Of a stretch of 64,000 nucleotides of DNA, positions 1 through 10,233 are shown in pieces (the first letter of the stretch is position 1; each line of letters starts with the position of its first letter). Both the position numbers and the translations under genes were made by a program. The notes under the pieces are model-generated. The model was given only the letters and a program-made list of their open reading frames with translations. It had not been told where the DNA came from and did not search any database. The stretch is taken from positions 5,208,001 through 5,272,000 of the forward strand of contig JBLDXI010000009.1 of assembly GCA_047495785.1 (NCBI GenBank). Direction: 5' to 3'. Origin of the DNA: Lepidodermella squamata (Eukaryota; Animalia; Gastrotricha).

Positions 1-62
1 AGTGGTAATTGTTCCTATAACAGTATTTTTATTTAATTTACGGTAAAAAATATTTTCCAAAG

Positions 63-2088
63 CCGCTGGAACACACACGCCCAGATCGTGACCAGTACAT
101 AAACGTCTTGAGGAATTCCCGGTAACGTACTAACAAAAAGTCAATGTAGTCACTTGTGATTTCAACGTAGGTGGTCGACTTACAAACAGCCGAACTTCAA
201 CGATTACGGTGTGCCATTCGACTATGCCTCGGTCACCATGTCTCATCCTACTATTGGTGGCGGCTTATTCCAGCCGAAAGACTGGCGATATGTCGGGGCG
301 ATGAACGCAGCCCTACCAACTTTCAATAACATCAAGTTTGTTAACATGATTTACGATTGCTTATGTGAGGATGTGCATCACGACTCGAATGTTGAAATAA
401 GCCATATTGAACTTTCAGCGAAATGCAATGGCACCGGTCCTGATTGCAAATATGGTGGCTATCGCGATCCGAAAGCTTGCGATCGGTGCAAATGCCCGCC
501 CGGGTTCGGCGGTAAAACCTGCGAATCGTTGCCGCCATTTGAGGGTGAAACTTGTGGGGGCGTGATCAATCTGCCGTCGTGCATTTCAGTGGCTATAGAA
601 TCGCCCAACTATCCGAACTCTTATCCAATGGGCAGCAGCTGTTCATGGCGCATAAAAAGCTCAACGGTGATTTATAGTCGGTGGCTAATACAACGATTTT
701 TACATGTATATTTTCATTTCAGCCTGGTATGGTATTCGCCTTCGACGGAAAACCAGATTTAACTTCGGGAATAAGTACGTGTAACGTGCAATTCAAGGTT
801 TATATTTTTCGGACGGTATTTTGAACCTCTTTGTTATTATGTCATGTTCTTAAGTGATTGGTACTGAATCGTTTATTTTATGCTGAATTTTAGTGAATGA
901 AGGTCTTTCTACTTACACCGACACGTGTTTGGATTACGTTGAATTTCGTAATCCGGAAGATGGAACGTTGCCGTATCCTCGATTTTGCTCGTACGGCGTC
1001 ACTTCTGGTAAAATCTATGAAACTAACGGCACCACCGCTGTTGTCCACTTCAAAGCGAACTCCAAGAAACCGGGCAAGGGTTTTAGGCTAATAGCAAGAT
1101 CTATCTGCCCGACGGACAACAAGCAAGAACTTCGACTGACGGCGAGTGGTTACGACTACGAAGGCATTGCTGCAAATACAGCCAACGGCACGAATTGTCT
1201 GCCATGGCCGCCCATCACCGACTGGGTTGCGCAATTCTATGAGATGCTCAAATATCCAAGGGGGCTTGTTAACGATTCGGCAAACTACCTTCGCAATCCA
1301 GAGTCCAAGTCGACTGGTCTCTACTGCATCACTGGTGAAGGACCGAAGGATGGAGCGAACGTACCGATGACTACCATAAGTATATTTAATGTTTTTTAGA
1401 AATGTTAATGCTATCTTCGTAACTTTGCTTCACAACAGATTTGCCACTCAAGCGCTGTGCAGCTAAAAGTAATCTAGAGTTCATGGGATGCCGCGTGAAC
1501 TGCTCAGCTGGAGAGTCAGAAATAGCGAGCCCTGAACCTTTTTACGGTGATTATTGCAACAAAGGGGTAATTAGTCAATATTGAATTTCACGTTCTTAAA
1601 AGACGCTTGATTGCTATTTTTATTTCCAGTCAGCCAAAAAGTGTTCCATTGGAAACACCGGAACATTTCGATGCACCAATGGTGGTTCAGGATGCAATCA
1701 AGCTGGCGAAAGCACGGTGTGATGGAAATGTGGTTTACATGTAATTTCGGACAACTTTTGCTGTTTCAGGTGCGCCCTTTGTATTCAGGATACAAATATT
1801 TCGGCCGTAACTGGCTCGACTGCAATCACGTGGACGGAATGGTTTGTCACTACACTATCCTTATCGCCAATGCTAATTGAGCTGAACCCTTTTAGAAATA
1901 TTATCAGTGCTACAAAGTCAAAACGAACGGTTTTGTTGATTGCCGCCGTTCTAGCTGTCGTGAAGGCGAGGCAAGTTTACCCAATACATTTCTGCGAACG
2001 TCAATTTCAAGCTGTTCATGTTAATATTTTGCAGTTTCCGCTGGGACCATTTGATTCTCCTAGAAAATGTTACTCAAACATTCAGTGA
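63..2088 (+). CDS. Astacin-like pseudo-protease paralog 1 (astacin-EGF-CUB-kringle-Cys-rich tail), multi-exon, 5' end outside the window
   Basis: Exon 63-121 reads PLEHTRPDRDQYI (astacin RxDRD). Then PFDYASVTM (Met-turn region), EGF (CKYGGYRDPKACDRCKCPPGFGGKTC), CUB (CGGVI..ESPNYPNSY..CSWRI; GFRLIAR) and kringle-like (SGYDYEG..NYLRNP). The Cys-rich exons match paralogs 2 and 3. Stop TGA 2086-2088. Confidence 0.8.
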
Positions 2089-2578
2089 CAGCTGACCTGA
2101 GCTTACCAAATTATTACAGGCGTGGTATTAACTTTACGTTGAAACGTGATTTCGAAATTTGTCAACATTATTTATGAACATTCCATTTATTCATCTTTAT
2201 GGTTATGACTTTGACGAATCTATTGATTTTGTCGCAAGGCTCTAATTCAATCAATAAATCATCTATTTTCTTTGCAGAATTTTCGCGTTCTTTTTCCTGA
2301 CAAACAGTTCATTTTATTTTGTCAAGAATCACCGTTGCCACATCTCATTTTGAAATGCTTGTGATGCCAAGGATAATTCAATGGAGCTGAACAACAGGGT
2401 CCTAATAAAGGGCAGCGTTTGAGGCGATCCGGTACAGTGGGAAAAGTAAAACCTACAATCCTTGATAGGATCCCCCAACTCTGTCTCGACATTATGCAAT
2501 CTATCAGCGCTGCCTGAAATTCAGATGGCTAGCAGCAAGATGTTGATAGGCCGCTGTCAAATGTTGTGCTTAAAATCA

Positions 2579-2650
2579 CCCTCGGTAGTATAGTGGTTAG
2601 TATTCCTCGTTGTGGCCGAGGTGACCCTGGTTCGACTCCAGGCCGTGGCA
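2579..2650 (+). tRNA. tRNA-His (GTG) with acceptor-stem mismatches
   Basis: A box TAGTATAGTGG, anticodon arm CCTCG-TTGTGGC-CGAGG, T arm CCTGG-TTCGACT-CCAGG, T-run at ~2689. C1:C72 and U4:U69 are mismatched. Confidence 0.8.
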
Positions 2651-2728
2651 GAGTCACATTGAACTCGAGACAGTGGCAGGCGGTTCAATTTTTTTTAAAT
2701 TTATTGACAGTTAAAAGCTAGTTTTTTG

Positions 2729-4188
2729 CAGGGTTGTGCATAAATGTAAAAACCTCCGATTTTTACATGTATAAACGGCAAAACTAGTAAAAACAGTAAA
2801 AACATGTGTATAAATCCCAGAGTTTTTCCATCTAAGTGTATAAACCCCTTTTTATTAATTTTTCATCATTTTATTGCCCTCTAAGCTCTTCGCCATGATA
2901 CAAAAACTCACATTTTACTAGTCAAACCTCTCCTCCTCTATAAATAGTGCGTCTCAGCCGCGGCGCTGAAAGCTTCTTCCATGGTCATTACCCCGCATTA
3001 CCGCGCGTACACACCTCCTTTAGGGCCGCTCCGTACTTGGTGATTTAAAGAAGGAGCTGAGCTCAAAAAGGAGCTGAGCTCAATGGAGCTGAGCTCAATG
3101 GAGCTGAGCTCCCTGAATACCGCGCGCGGTCAAGTCAAAGGCCAAGTTCATGGAACAATGTCGGTTTTACTACCAAAATATAGATCGTTCAATTCTCTAT
3201 CGATCGAATGTAGATTTCTCGATGGAAAAAATCAATCAGAAAAAGTTTTACGCCCATGCTAGATTGCGTATTTAAGTGTGCATATCGCTTGAGAGTGCGC
3301 ACAAATAGCATTAATTTATTTACCAACTTAACTTTTTTCTGTTTAGTTTTTCGAGCGACAAACCTATATTCAGTCGATAGAGAATTGAACGATCTATATT
3401 TTGGTAGTAAAACCGACATTGTTCCATGAACTTGGCCTTTGACTTGACCGCGCGCGGTATTCAGGGAGCTCAGCTCCGTTAGAGCTCAGCTCCATTGAGC
3501 TCAGCTCCTTTTTGAGCTCAGCTCCTTCTTTAAATCACCTGCATGTGCGGTGCATGCGCGCGCGCAGGTGTGAGGTGGTGGAATTGGCGCTGCGAAGGAG
3601 GCGGACCGCACACTGCGAGGCGGTGGAACTGGCGCTGAGAGGTGGTGGACTACCTATGGCGCGCGTTACGATGGGCGACGGGCCGCATGCAGAAACAAGG
3701 GGGCTGACATGACTTGCCTTCTACCGCTGACTATTCCTACTGCTTGCCTTCACCTGTAGCCGCCTGTCATGGCCTGCCATGGCCTGCCATAACCTGCCGA
3801 AATCAGGTCCATTTCGGCATGGCCGCTTATAGGTCTTCGGTAAATTGATACCGTATTACCGAGCTTTGAGTGTCATGCCACGATAAAGTGAAACAGTGCT
3901 TTTTACCCATTTTCGAAAACCTCGATCATAGTGGCACTTGATGCTTAGCATTACAATTTTATCTGGCATGTCACCATAAACAGGGCACAGTGACATGCCC
4001 CTGTAAAACGAGCTATAATGGCATGACTAAATGAAAATCAAGCTGTTTTCGCTTCTTCAAAGCACAAGTTTACGAATTTTCTTAACTAGGGGTTTCTACA
4101 CGTGGAAAAACCCGCTCGATAAATACAGTTTTTACACTGTGTTTATACACGGTGTTTTTACATCAAGGTTTTTACATTGACAACCCTG
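2729..4188. mobile_element. Non-autonomous hAT-like DNA transposon
   Basis: TIRs CAGGGTTGT..AATGTAAAAACC / GGTTTTTACATT..ACAACCCTG. Exact 8-bp TSD GTTTTTTG at 2721-2728 and 4189-4196. Subterminal GTAAAAAC/GTATAAAC repeats; no transposase ORF. Confidence 0.85.
3039..3539. repeat. Foldback / long inverted repeat nested in the hAT-like element
   Basis: Arms starting GGTGATTTAAAGAAGG are near-perfect reverse complements for ~165 bp, then imperfect for ~45 bp. Each arm has four GGAGCTGAGCTC units. Confidence 0.9.
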
Positions 4189-4217
4189 GTTTTTTGTATA
4201 GCCAAAAAGCTTACAGC

Positions 4218-4290
4218 TGATTCGGGCCGGGATTGAACCGGCGACCTTCTGCGTGTTAGGCAGATGTGATAACCACTACACCACCGAACC
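4218..4290 (-). tRNA. tRNA-Val (AAC)
   Basis: Reverse complement GGTTCGGTGGTGTAGTGGTTATCACATCTGCCTAACACGCAGAAGGTCGCCGGTTCAATCCCGGCCCGAATCA folds as a canonical cloverleaf. Confidence 0.95.
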
Positions 4291-4388
4291 GCCACATGCA
4301 ATGCGTGCTGGTGAAGGCATTTAATCGCGCGATGATCAATGATCAGTACTATAAATAGTCGATAGATTTCACACTTGAGCAAAAGAAT

Positions 4389-4461
4389 CGCCCGATGTGG
4401 GGCTCGAACCCATGACCCTGGGATTAAGAGTCCCATGCTCTACCGACTGAGCTAACCGGGC
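4389..4461 (-). tRNA. tRNA-Lys (CTT)
   Basis: Reverse complement GCCCGGTTAGCTCAGTCGGTAGAGCATGGGACTCTTAATCCCAGGGTCATGGGTTCGAGCCCCACATCGGGCG; one A:C mismatch in the T stem. Confidence 0.92.
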
Positions 4462-4539
4462 TGTGATAAGTTAATGCGCATCGATGCCGCATTTGACATA
4501 CTTTGAACGCGTCGTCAATGTGACCTAATAAAAACAAAT

Positions 4540-4612
4540 CGAGGCTGCCAGGAGTCGAACCTGGAATCTTCTGATCCGTAGTCAGACGCGTTATCCATTG
4601 CGCCACAACCCC
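4540..4612 (-). tRNA. tRNA-Arg (ACG)
   Basis: Reverse complement GGGGTTGTGGCGCAATGGATAACGCGTCTGACTACGGATCAGAAGATTCCAGGTTCGACTCCTGGCAGCCTCG. Confidence 0.95.
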
Positions 4613-4824
4613 GCTGACTTTCGGCTAACTTTGACAGCAGTGATCGAAACACGAAAACATTCACCAATCGACAACAGCAAAAAAACTGAATCGGTGTCAT
4701 TCCAAATATCTAAAAATACACCATTGTGAGATGGAAAATGATCGTGTGCTATCATGTTAAGCGTGCCAAGGTTTTGAAAACCATTGTATCCGGCTAAGCA
4801 GCCGTCATTTCCAAAAAATTTACA

Positions 4825-7800
4825 ATGATGAAGACTCTCCAAGCGATTTCACTGCTTATTTCAGGTTATCTGTTGACCGGCCTGGATGCTGCCAAGTTTT
4901 CCACGTATTTTCGTGCCAATGCCCAGACCAGCGGTGACGATGGGCAGCCGAATCTGAGGAGTGCCAATTTGAATAAGTACCCCAACCCTGTACCGGTCTA
5001 TTTCAACAGCGACACGACATGGACCGACGCGAACGGCAATCCTGCGATTCCATGTTAGTCGATTAATTCACATCTCAATGTAACTCATGAGTTTTTCTTT
5101 TCCGTGTAGCCGATGCGGCAAAGCAGAAATTCAGAAAAGCTGTGGCTTGGATCGAAGAGGCAACATGCATCCGATTCGACATATCTGAAACCAGGCCCAT
5201 CGGCAAGGGTGATATCGGCATCGCCCTCATTGGTTTGGCGTAAGAGTGAAGCATAGTACAACTTCATTATCAATTCAATTGTTTTTACAGTAATGAGTCC
5301 TCTGGTGCTATAAATGGATCATTTGACGTCGCCTTTTATGGATTCAATGCTGGCAAGGATGAAAATGATGTTCGGGTAAGGTGCTTTCTTTCCGACAATA
5401 TTTTAGATTATAGTTGAATTATTTCTATTGAAGGTTACAGACTACGCCGCTTTTCTAGGCTTGTTCCTCGGTATGACGTCGGAGGCTCGGCGTCCCGATC
5501 GCGATTTGTACATGAAGTTCTTAAATCAGACTTTTGCTGACGGGTAAGTCGATGGCAAGATTTATCCTTGCAAATTTACGGGCGTATTAAAGTTTTCATT
5601 TTATTTCATGGTTCAAGTTACTTATGAATTGGCGCTAATAGGAAATCCCCATAGTCTTAATTCCAGATTCTAGTTCAGGTCAATAGAGTCAAATTTATTA
5701 GCTTCAAATCTGAACCTTTATTTGAGCCCTTAAATTAATATAAGCGGATTGTTCAAGTTCATATTTGCATCAAAGCATGAAACTATAAGCTTTCTTGGTG
5801 ATACAGTTTTCCAATTTACAACGAAGCAATCGCCGATCTGCCTTACGATTACGCCTCGATATTCAGCCCGTATTTTCAAGACTTTCGTGCGTTCGAACCT
5901 AAAACCGACCTGCGTTACTTGACGTCTGTTAGCCAAATGACTGGCTTCTCGGTATTGGACACCCTGAAGCTGAACAGATACTACGACTGCTTCAGTATGG
6001 AGATTTTCTGCAAAGCTCTGTTTGATATTATGTCATACTTTATCTGTCAGACATGTCACAGTGCAACACTACTCAATGCGAAAACGGGGGATACCCCGAT
6101 CCGAACAAAAACTGTACGGTTTGCAGGTGTCCTATGGGCTTTTCCGGGAACGATTGCTCAGCGATGGCCCCGTCGGTTCCAGCTGGTAGTGCTTGCGGTG
6201 GTGAAGTTTACGTTGGCCCAACGGAGTCAAAGGCTATTACCTCACCAAACTTTCCGAGCAATTATTCCAGTGGTTCGAGCTGCACCTGGCTGATTAAAAC
6301 AGTAAGATTCTTTTATCGTTGGAATTATAGCCGACTGCCTCTTCATAGGACGTGGGGAGTGGTCTGATTTTTGGCTTCGAAGGTCGCCCTGATGTCTCTC
6401 GTGATTTCCTCTGTAAGAACACCGTATTATTTGTTTGGCTTGATTACTTGATTTGCTTGTCACAGATACAGAAATATGCGGAGATTTCGTCCTTGTCCGA
6501 AATCTTGGAGCTGATGGCTATCCTGGTTTCAGGTAAATAAATCCCGGTATAACCTGAACACATTACTACTCTTCAGCTTCCTTCTAGGTTTTGCACTACC
6601 GGTGTTAACAGCGGCCGAGCCTTCACAACGGACAGCAATCAAGCCCTGGTTCACTTTCACTCGGATGCTCTATTCACGTCATCGAATGGCTTTAAGTTGG
6701 TTGTCTACGCTACGCGCCCGGGGATGTTGGCCTCTCAATTGCCGAAGGAATGCAAGATAACTCAAAGTGGCTATGACTACGATGGTTCCGCGGTTGCAAA
6801 GAGTGCCTCTGGCAAGGTTTGCGACGCGTGGACTGGCCAGACTAAGTACCCGGACCTCTCGTTCCCGCTCGGTCTCATCCCCAATTCTAGCAACGCCTGT
6901 CGCAATCCTAGCTCTAGTTCAAAGATTTCTTGCTTCGTGAACAACTACTCAAAAGAAGAACAGTGCCCTGACGTTCGCCTTTGCAGTAAGCCACAATTTG
7001 TGAAAAAAATGCCGGAGAATAATTAAGATTTAGGATATGAGCCACATTTGAATATTTGTTGTATGAATTTTTGATCACCTTGTAGTCATTTTGCGCCCTT
7101 TAAGAATTTACCTCGACAACTTCTGAAATTTCTAAATTTAACCTTGCGTGATATATGAATGAATAGGTTAACAAGGGATGAGGAAAAAGAAAAATCTGTT
7201 GAAAATGAGTGAGCTTTTCGGCGTCTCAGAAGAATTATCATGATAATGCTGTTTATTATAATTCCACAGCTGCCATCCGCTATCGATGTTTGAAGACGAG
7301 CAATGGCGAGTTTCAAGGCTGCAAGAACTATTGTTCCTCGAACGAAAGCATCCTCGCGAGTGGCAAGACACTGTACACTGACACGTGCAATCAAGGCGTG
7401 AGTTATTTCTACTGGAAAGCGCAGACTTCAATAGGTGACAGACGCATTTTCTTCAATTCATTTATAGAGAGTGATCAAGTGCACCAGCCAAATCAATAGA
7501 TTCAAGTTCTACTGTATTTCCGGAGATTTGAAGTGCGCTGCCAACGAAACTGTGAGTACTTCAACTATAGCTTCTGTCATGAATGAACCTGAATTCTTTC
7601 AATAGGCGTCAACCTTCAATGCTTTCCGATTCTTCGGTCCTAATTATCTCGATTGCTTGCACAAGCCTGGAGCTGGATGGGTAAGCGAGAAGGATTTTCA
7701 GTTTCTTTATCAAGCGTAATTTTGTACAGAAATACGTTCGCTGCAAATCGCGTACAGCAAACAATTTTGTTGACTGCCGTCGCAAAGATCTGAATTTCGG

Positions 7801-7929
7801 CTGTCACTCTGACGAGGTTGGTCAATTTGGCTTTATTTACCTGGGTCCTTATTGAAATAATTTGTCGATTCACAGTACCCGACCGATACATTCAAAACTC
7901 CCAAGTCTTGCTACTTGAACAGGCGGTAA
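4825..7929 (+). CDS. Astacin-like pseudo-protease paralog 2 (signal peptide-astacin-EGF-CUB-kringle-Cys-rich tail), apparently complete
   Basis: Signal peptide MMKTLQAISLLISGYLLTGLDA; astacin N-terminus KYPNPVPVYF..IEEATCIRF; RPDRD exon 5434-5543; PYDYAS; EGF, CUB, six-Cys kringle (~6740-6985) and five short Cys-rich exons. Stop TAA 7927-7929. GT-AG introns are in phase where checked. Confidence 0.85.
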
Positions 7930-8199
7930 ATTCCGGCAGAAGTTCCCAGTGATGCCGAGTGAAGCTGTGTGTGAAGTTTCTTCTGTTATTCGGGCTGCTA
8001 TTTTGACAGCTAATACAACTAACACCTAGCTAACGGCAAGGTGTCGTGAGATGAAATGATTGTCTTGACTTAATTACATTTTTGTCGCTTCGGCTAATAA
8101 AATCTTCAACATTAAACGATGTGAGTGATTGATTTCAGTTTTCAACATTGCTGCAAAACATGCTCGACTAGATGAGGAGTAGCAAAATTCATTTGAACT

Positions 8200-8800
8200 C
8201 AAGATAATCAAACAGCAGACTTGGGAAGTTTTGGAGATTTTGTCCTCGTGCGTGGCCTTGAAGATAACGGCTATCCTGGTTTCCGGCCAAGCGCATGCTT
8301 TTTCGACTGCTCACACTGTAGCACATAGTAACTGCACGCACAACCGTGCCAGAAAGCCTTAGAATGAGAGCATGAATGAGAGCATCATTGCGAGTGGCAA
8401 GGCATTGTACGATGACACATGCTGCCAAGGCGTGAGTACTTTCCATGTACTTTCTATATTGAGAAACTCTTCAACACGTGAAACACACTGTCTTGCGAAA
8501 ATTGCGAGGTCTGCCCTATGGGGTTTGCCGGTAATCTTTGTTCCGACATTACCCCGAGTAACAGTGATTGCTACTAAAAAATGGAAGGTCATCAAGTCTT
8601 CTAATTTCCCGGACAAGTACAATGCTGGGTCGAGTTATACATGGCGGATTAAGACAGTAAAACCTTCCAGAATACATATCTGTACTTGTTTTGATATTGA
8701 TTTTTTGGCTTTTAGGATAAAAGCGGCCTAATTTTTAGTTTCGAGGGGTGAATTCGACCAGGGGCGCGTTATAGTGCGTTCACAAACTACTTCGGAGAGG
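8200..8800 (+). pseudogene. Scrambled fragments of another astacin-like paralog
   Basis: Out-of-order, frame-broken pieces: CUB C-terminal part (GDFVLVRGLEDNGYPGF), Cys-rich exon (NESIIASGKALYDDTCCQG), EGF (CPMGFAGNLC) and CUB N-terminal part (KVIKSSNFPDKYNAGSSYTWRIKT). Confidence 0.75.
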
Positions 8801-8892
8801 TGTCCGAAGTTTTTGGCCTCTATGCAATGATCTATGTAATGACTCCGCATTTTTCTTCATTTCTTATTTGTTTCTCACGGTCACATCATAGC

Positions 8893-8965
8893 GGGGTCGT
8901 GGCGCAATGGATAACGCGTCTGACTACGGATCAGAAGATTCCAGGTTCGACTCCTGGCAGCCTCG
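8893..8965 (+). tRNA. tRNA-Arg (ACG), T6C variant
   Basis: Identical to the 4540-4612 copy except position 6, which gives a C:A mismatch in the acceptor stem. Confidence 0.9.
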
Positions 8966-9309
8966 AAATGATTTTTGAAATCACTTCAATCGAGATTATG
9001 CCGATCTTCAAGAATAAAAAAATTATACCTCCCGCACATTTGTATGCATCACAATCCTACAAAGCACCTTTAGCTCTCGAATTGGTTCAGTACTCTGGTT
9101 TCTGGGTTCCATGCAAAAGGCACAAATCTTTCGCCTTTTACTACAGATTTCCGTTCGTGGGAACATTCAATGAGCCTTCGTGCGATTTCTTGGACTTCTC
9201 TCTTGATGAGAAGCGCAAAAATCAAAACGACAAAATAAACATTCCTGATCGCATCCACCAAAAGTAACTGCGACGTTCATTATGGGTTTGCGTCAATATG
9301 CATCAATTA

Positions 9310-9730
9310 CACGACAGCAGTTGGAGGGTGGGGGCTAACAGTTTCCCCACGGTCATCAAGGTCAAGGTCAAGGTCACGCTGGTGATTAATTATAAAAAAT
9401 GATAATAAATGAAAACGAAAAAAAATGATAATAATTGCCAAGGTCGTTTCGCATTCATTGGATGTAAGAGAAACATCAATAACCTTCATGAACTCTTCTT
9501 ATGGTCTGGAATCGGGATCTTGGTCTGTTCGTCTCGACTATTTCATCGGTAGCATGCAGCTCGCATCATTCAATCACCGCGGCCTTCAACCTTTCGACAA
9601 TGCCTACTGTGGCCTATGAGTGAGCACTTCCCACGGGACTTTTTCCCCTCATCGCACTAAAAGTGACCTGGTCCTTGACAAAAACCGTTAGTGAAAATCG
9701 TTTACCCCACCCCCTCCAACTACTCACGAC
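9310..9730. repeat. Degenerate MITE-like element with imperfect inverted termini
   Basis: AGTTGGAGGGTGGGGGCTAAC..TCAAGGTCAAGGTCAC (9318-9377) is the imperfect reverse complement of GTGACCTGGTCCTTGAC..ACCCCACCCCCTCCAACT (9663-9721). No clear TSD. Confidence 0.45.
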
Positions 9731-9787
9731 TTCGCGTGGTGCAAATATTGTGCAATGCGAAGAGTAAAAATAATATTGTAAAACCGC

Positions 9788-9851
9788 TGCTTGGCATGGA
9801 ATCGAACCATCGGTCTCTAGTATGCGTCAGGCTTATCCAGTGCCACAAAGG
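9788..9851 (-). pseudogene. tRNA-derived relic or SINE head
   Basis: Minus strand has A-box-like TGTGGCACTGGATAA and B box GGTTCGATTCC but no intact cloverleaf. Confidence 0.4.
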
Positions 9852-10233
9852 ATAAGTTAGCTGTCCAAACAGATTTTCGCTCGTGTTGTTATTTAGCTAC
9901 GATTAGATCAAGTTTACCAAAAATTATCGTTAATCGTTTAAGTACTTTGGAGTTTTCCCTAAATATGGCGGCATTCGGCACTGGATGTTCCCTAGTTTTT
10001 GAGAACTCTAATATTTGAAAAACTCATCAGCAGAGTTGAAAAAGAGAGAGTCGCTATAACGCTATCATGAGAACTTTAATAATATCATAAGGAATAAACG
10101 ACAAAAAAGTCACATTGACTATTAATAAATAATTTAAGAATAATTTCACGACAAAATAACAGTCAACATAACAGAATGACGCAGAATGATACAGCTCAGC
10201 TTCCATTGGCATCAATCGTAAATTTGCCAACAT

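Noticed and set aside
4158-4700. ORFs such as MAQWITRLTTDQKIPGSTPG (also at 8800 and 25212)
   Set aside because: Translations of tRNA genes.
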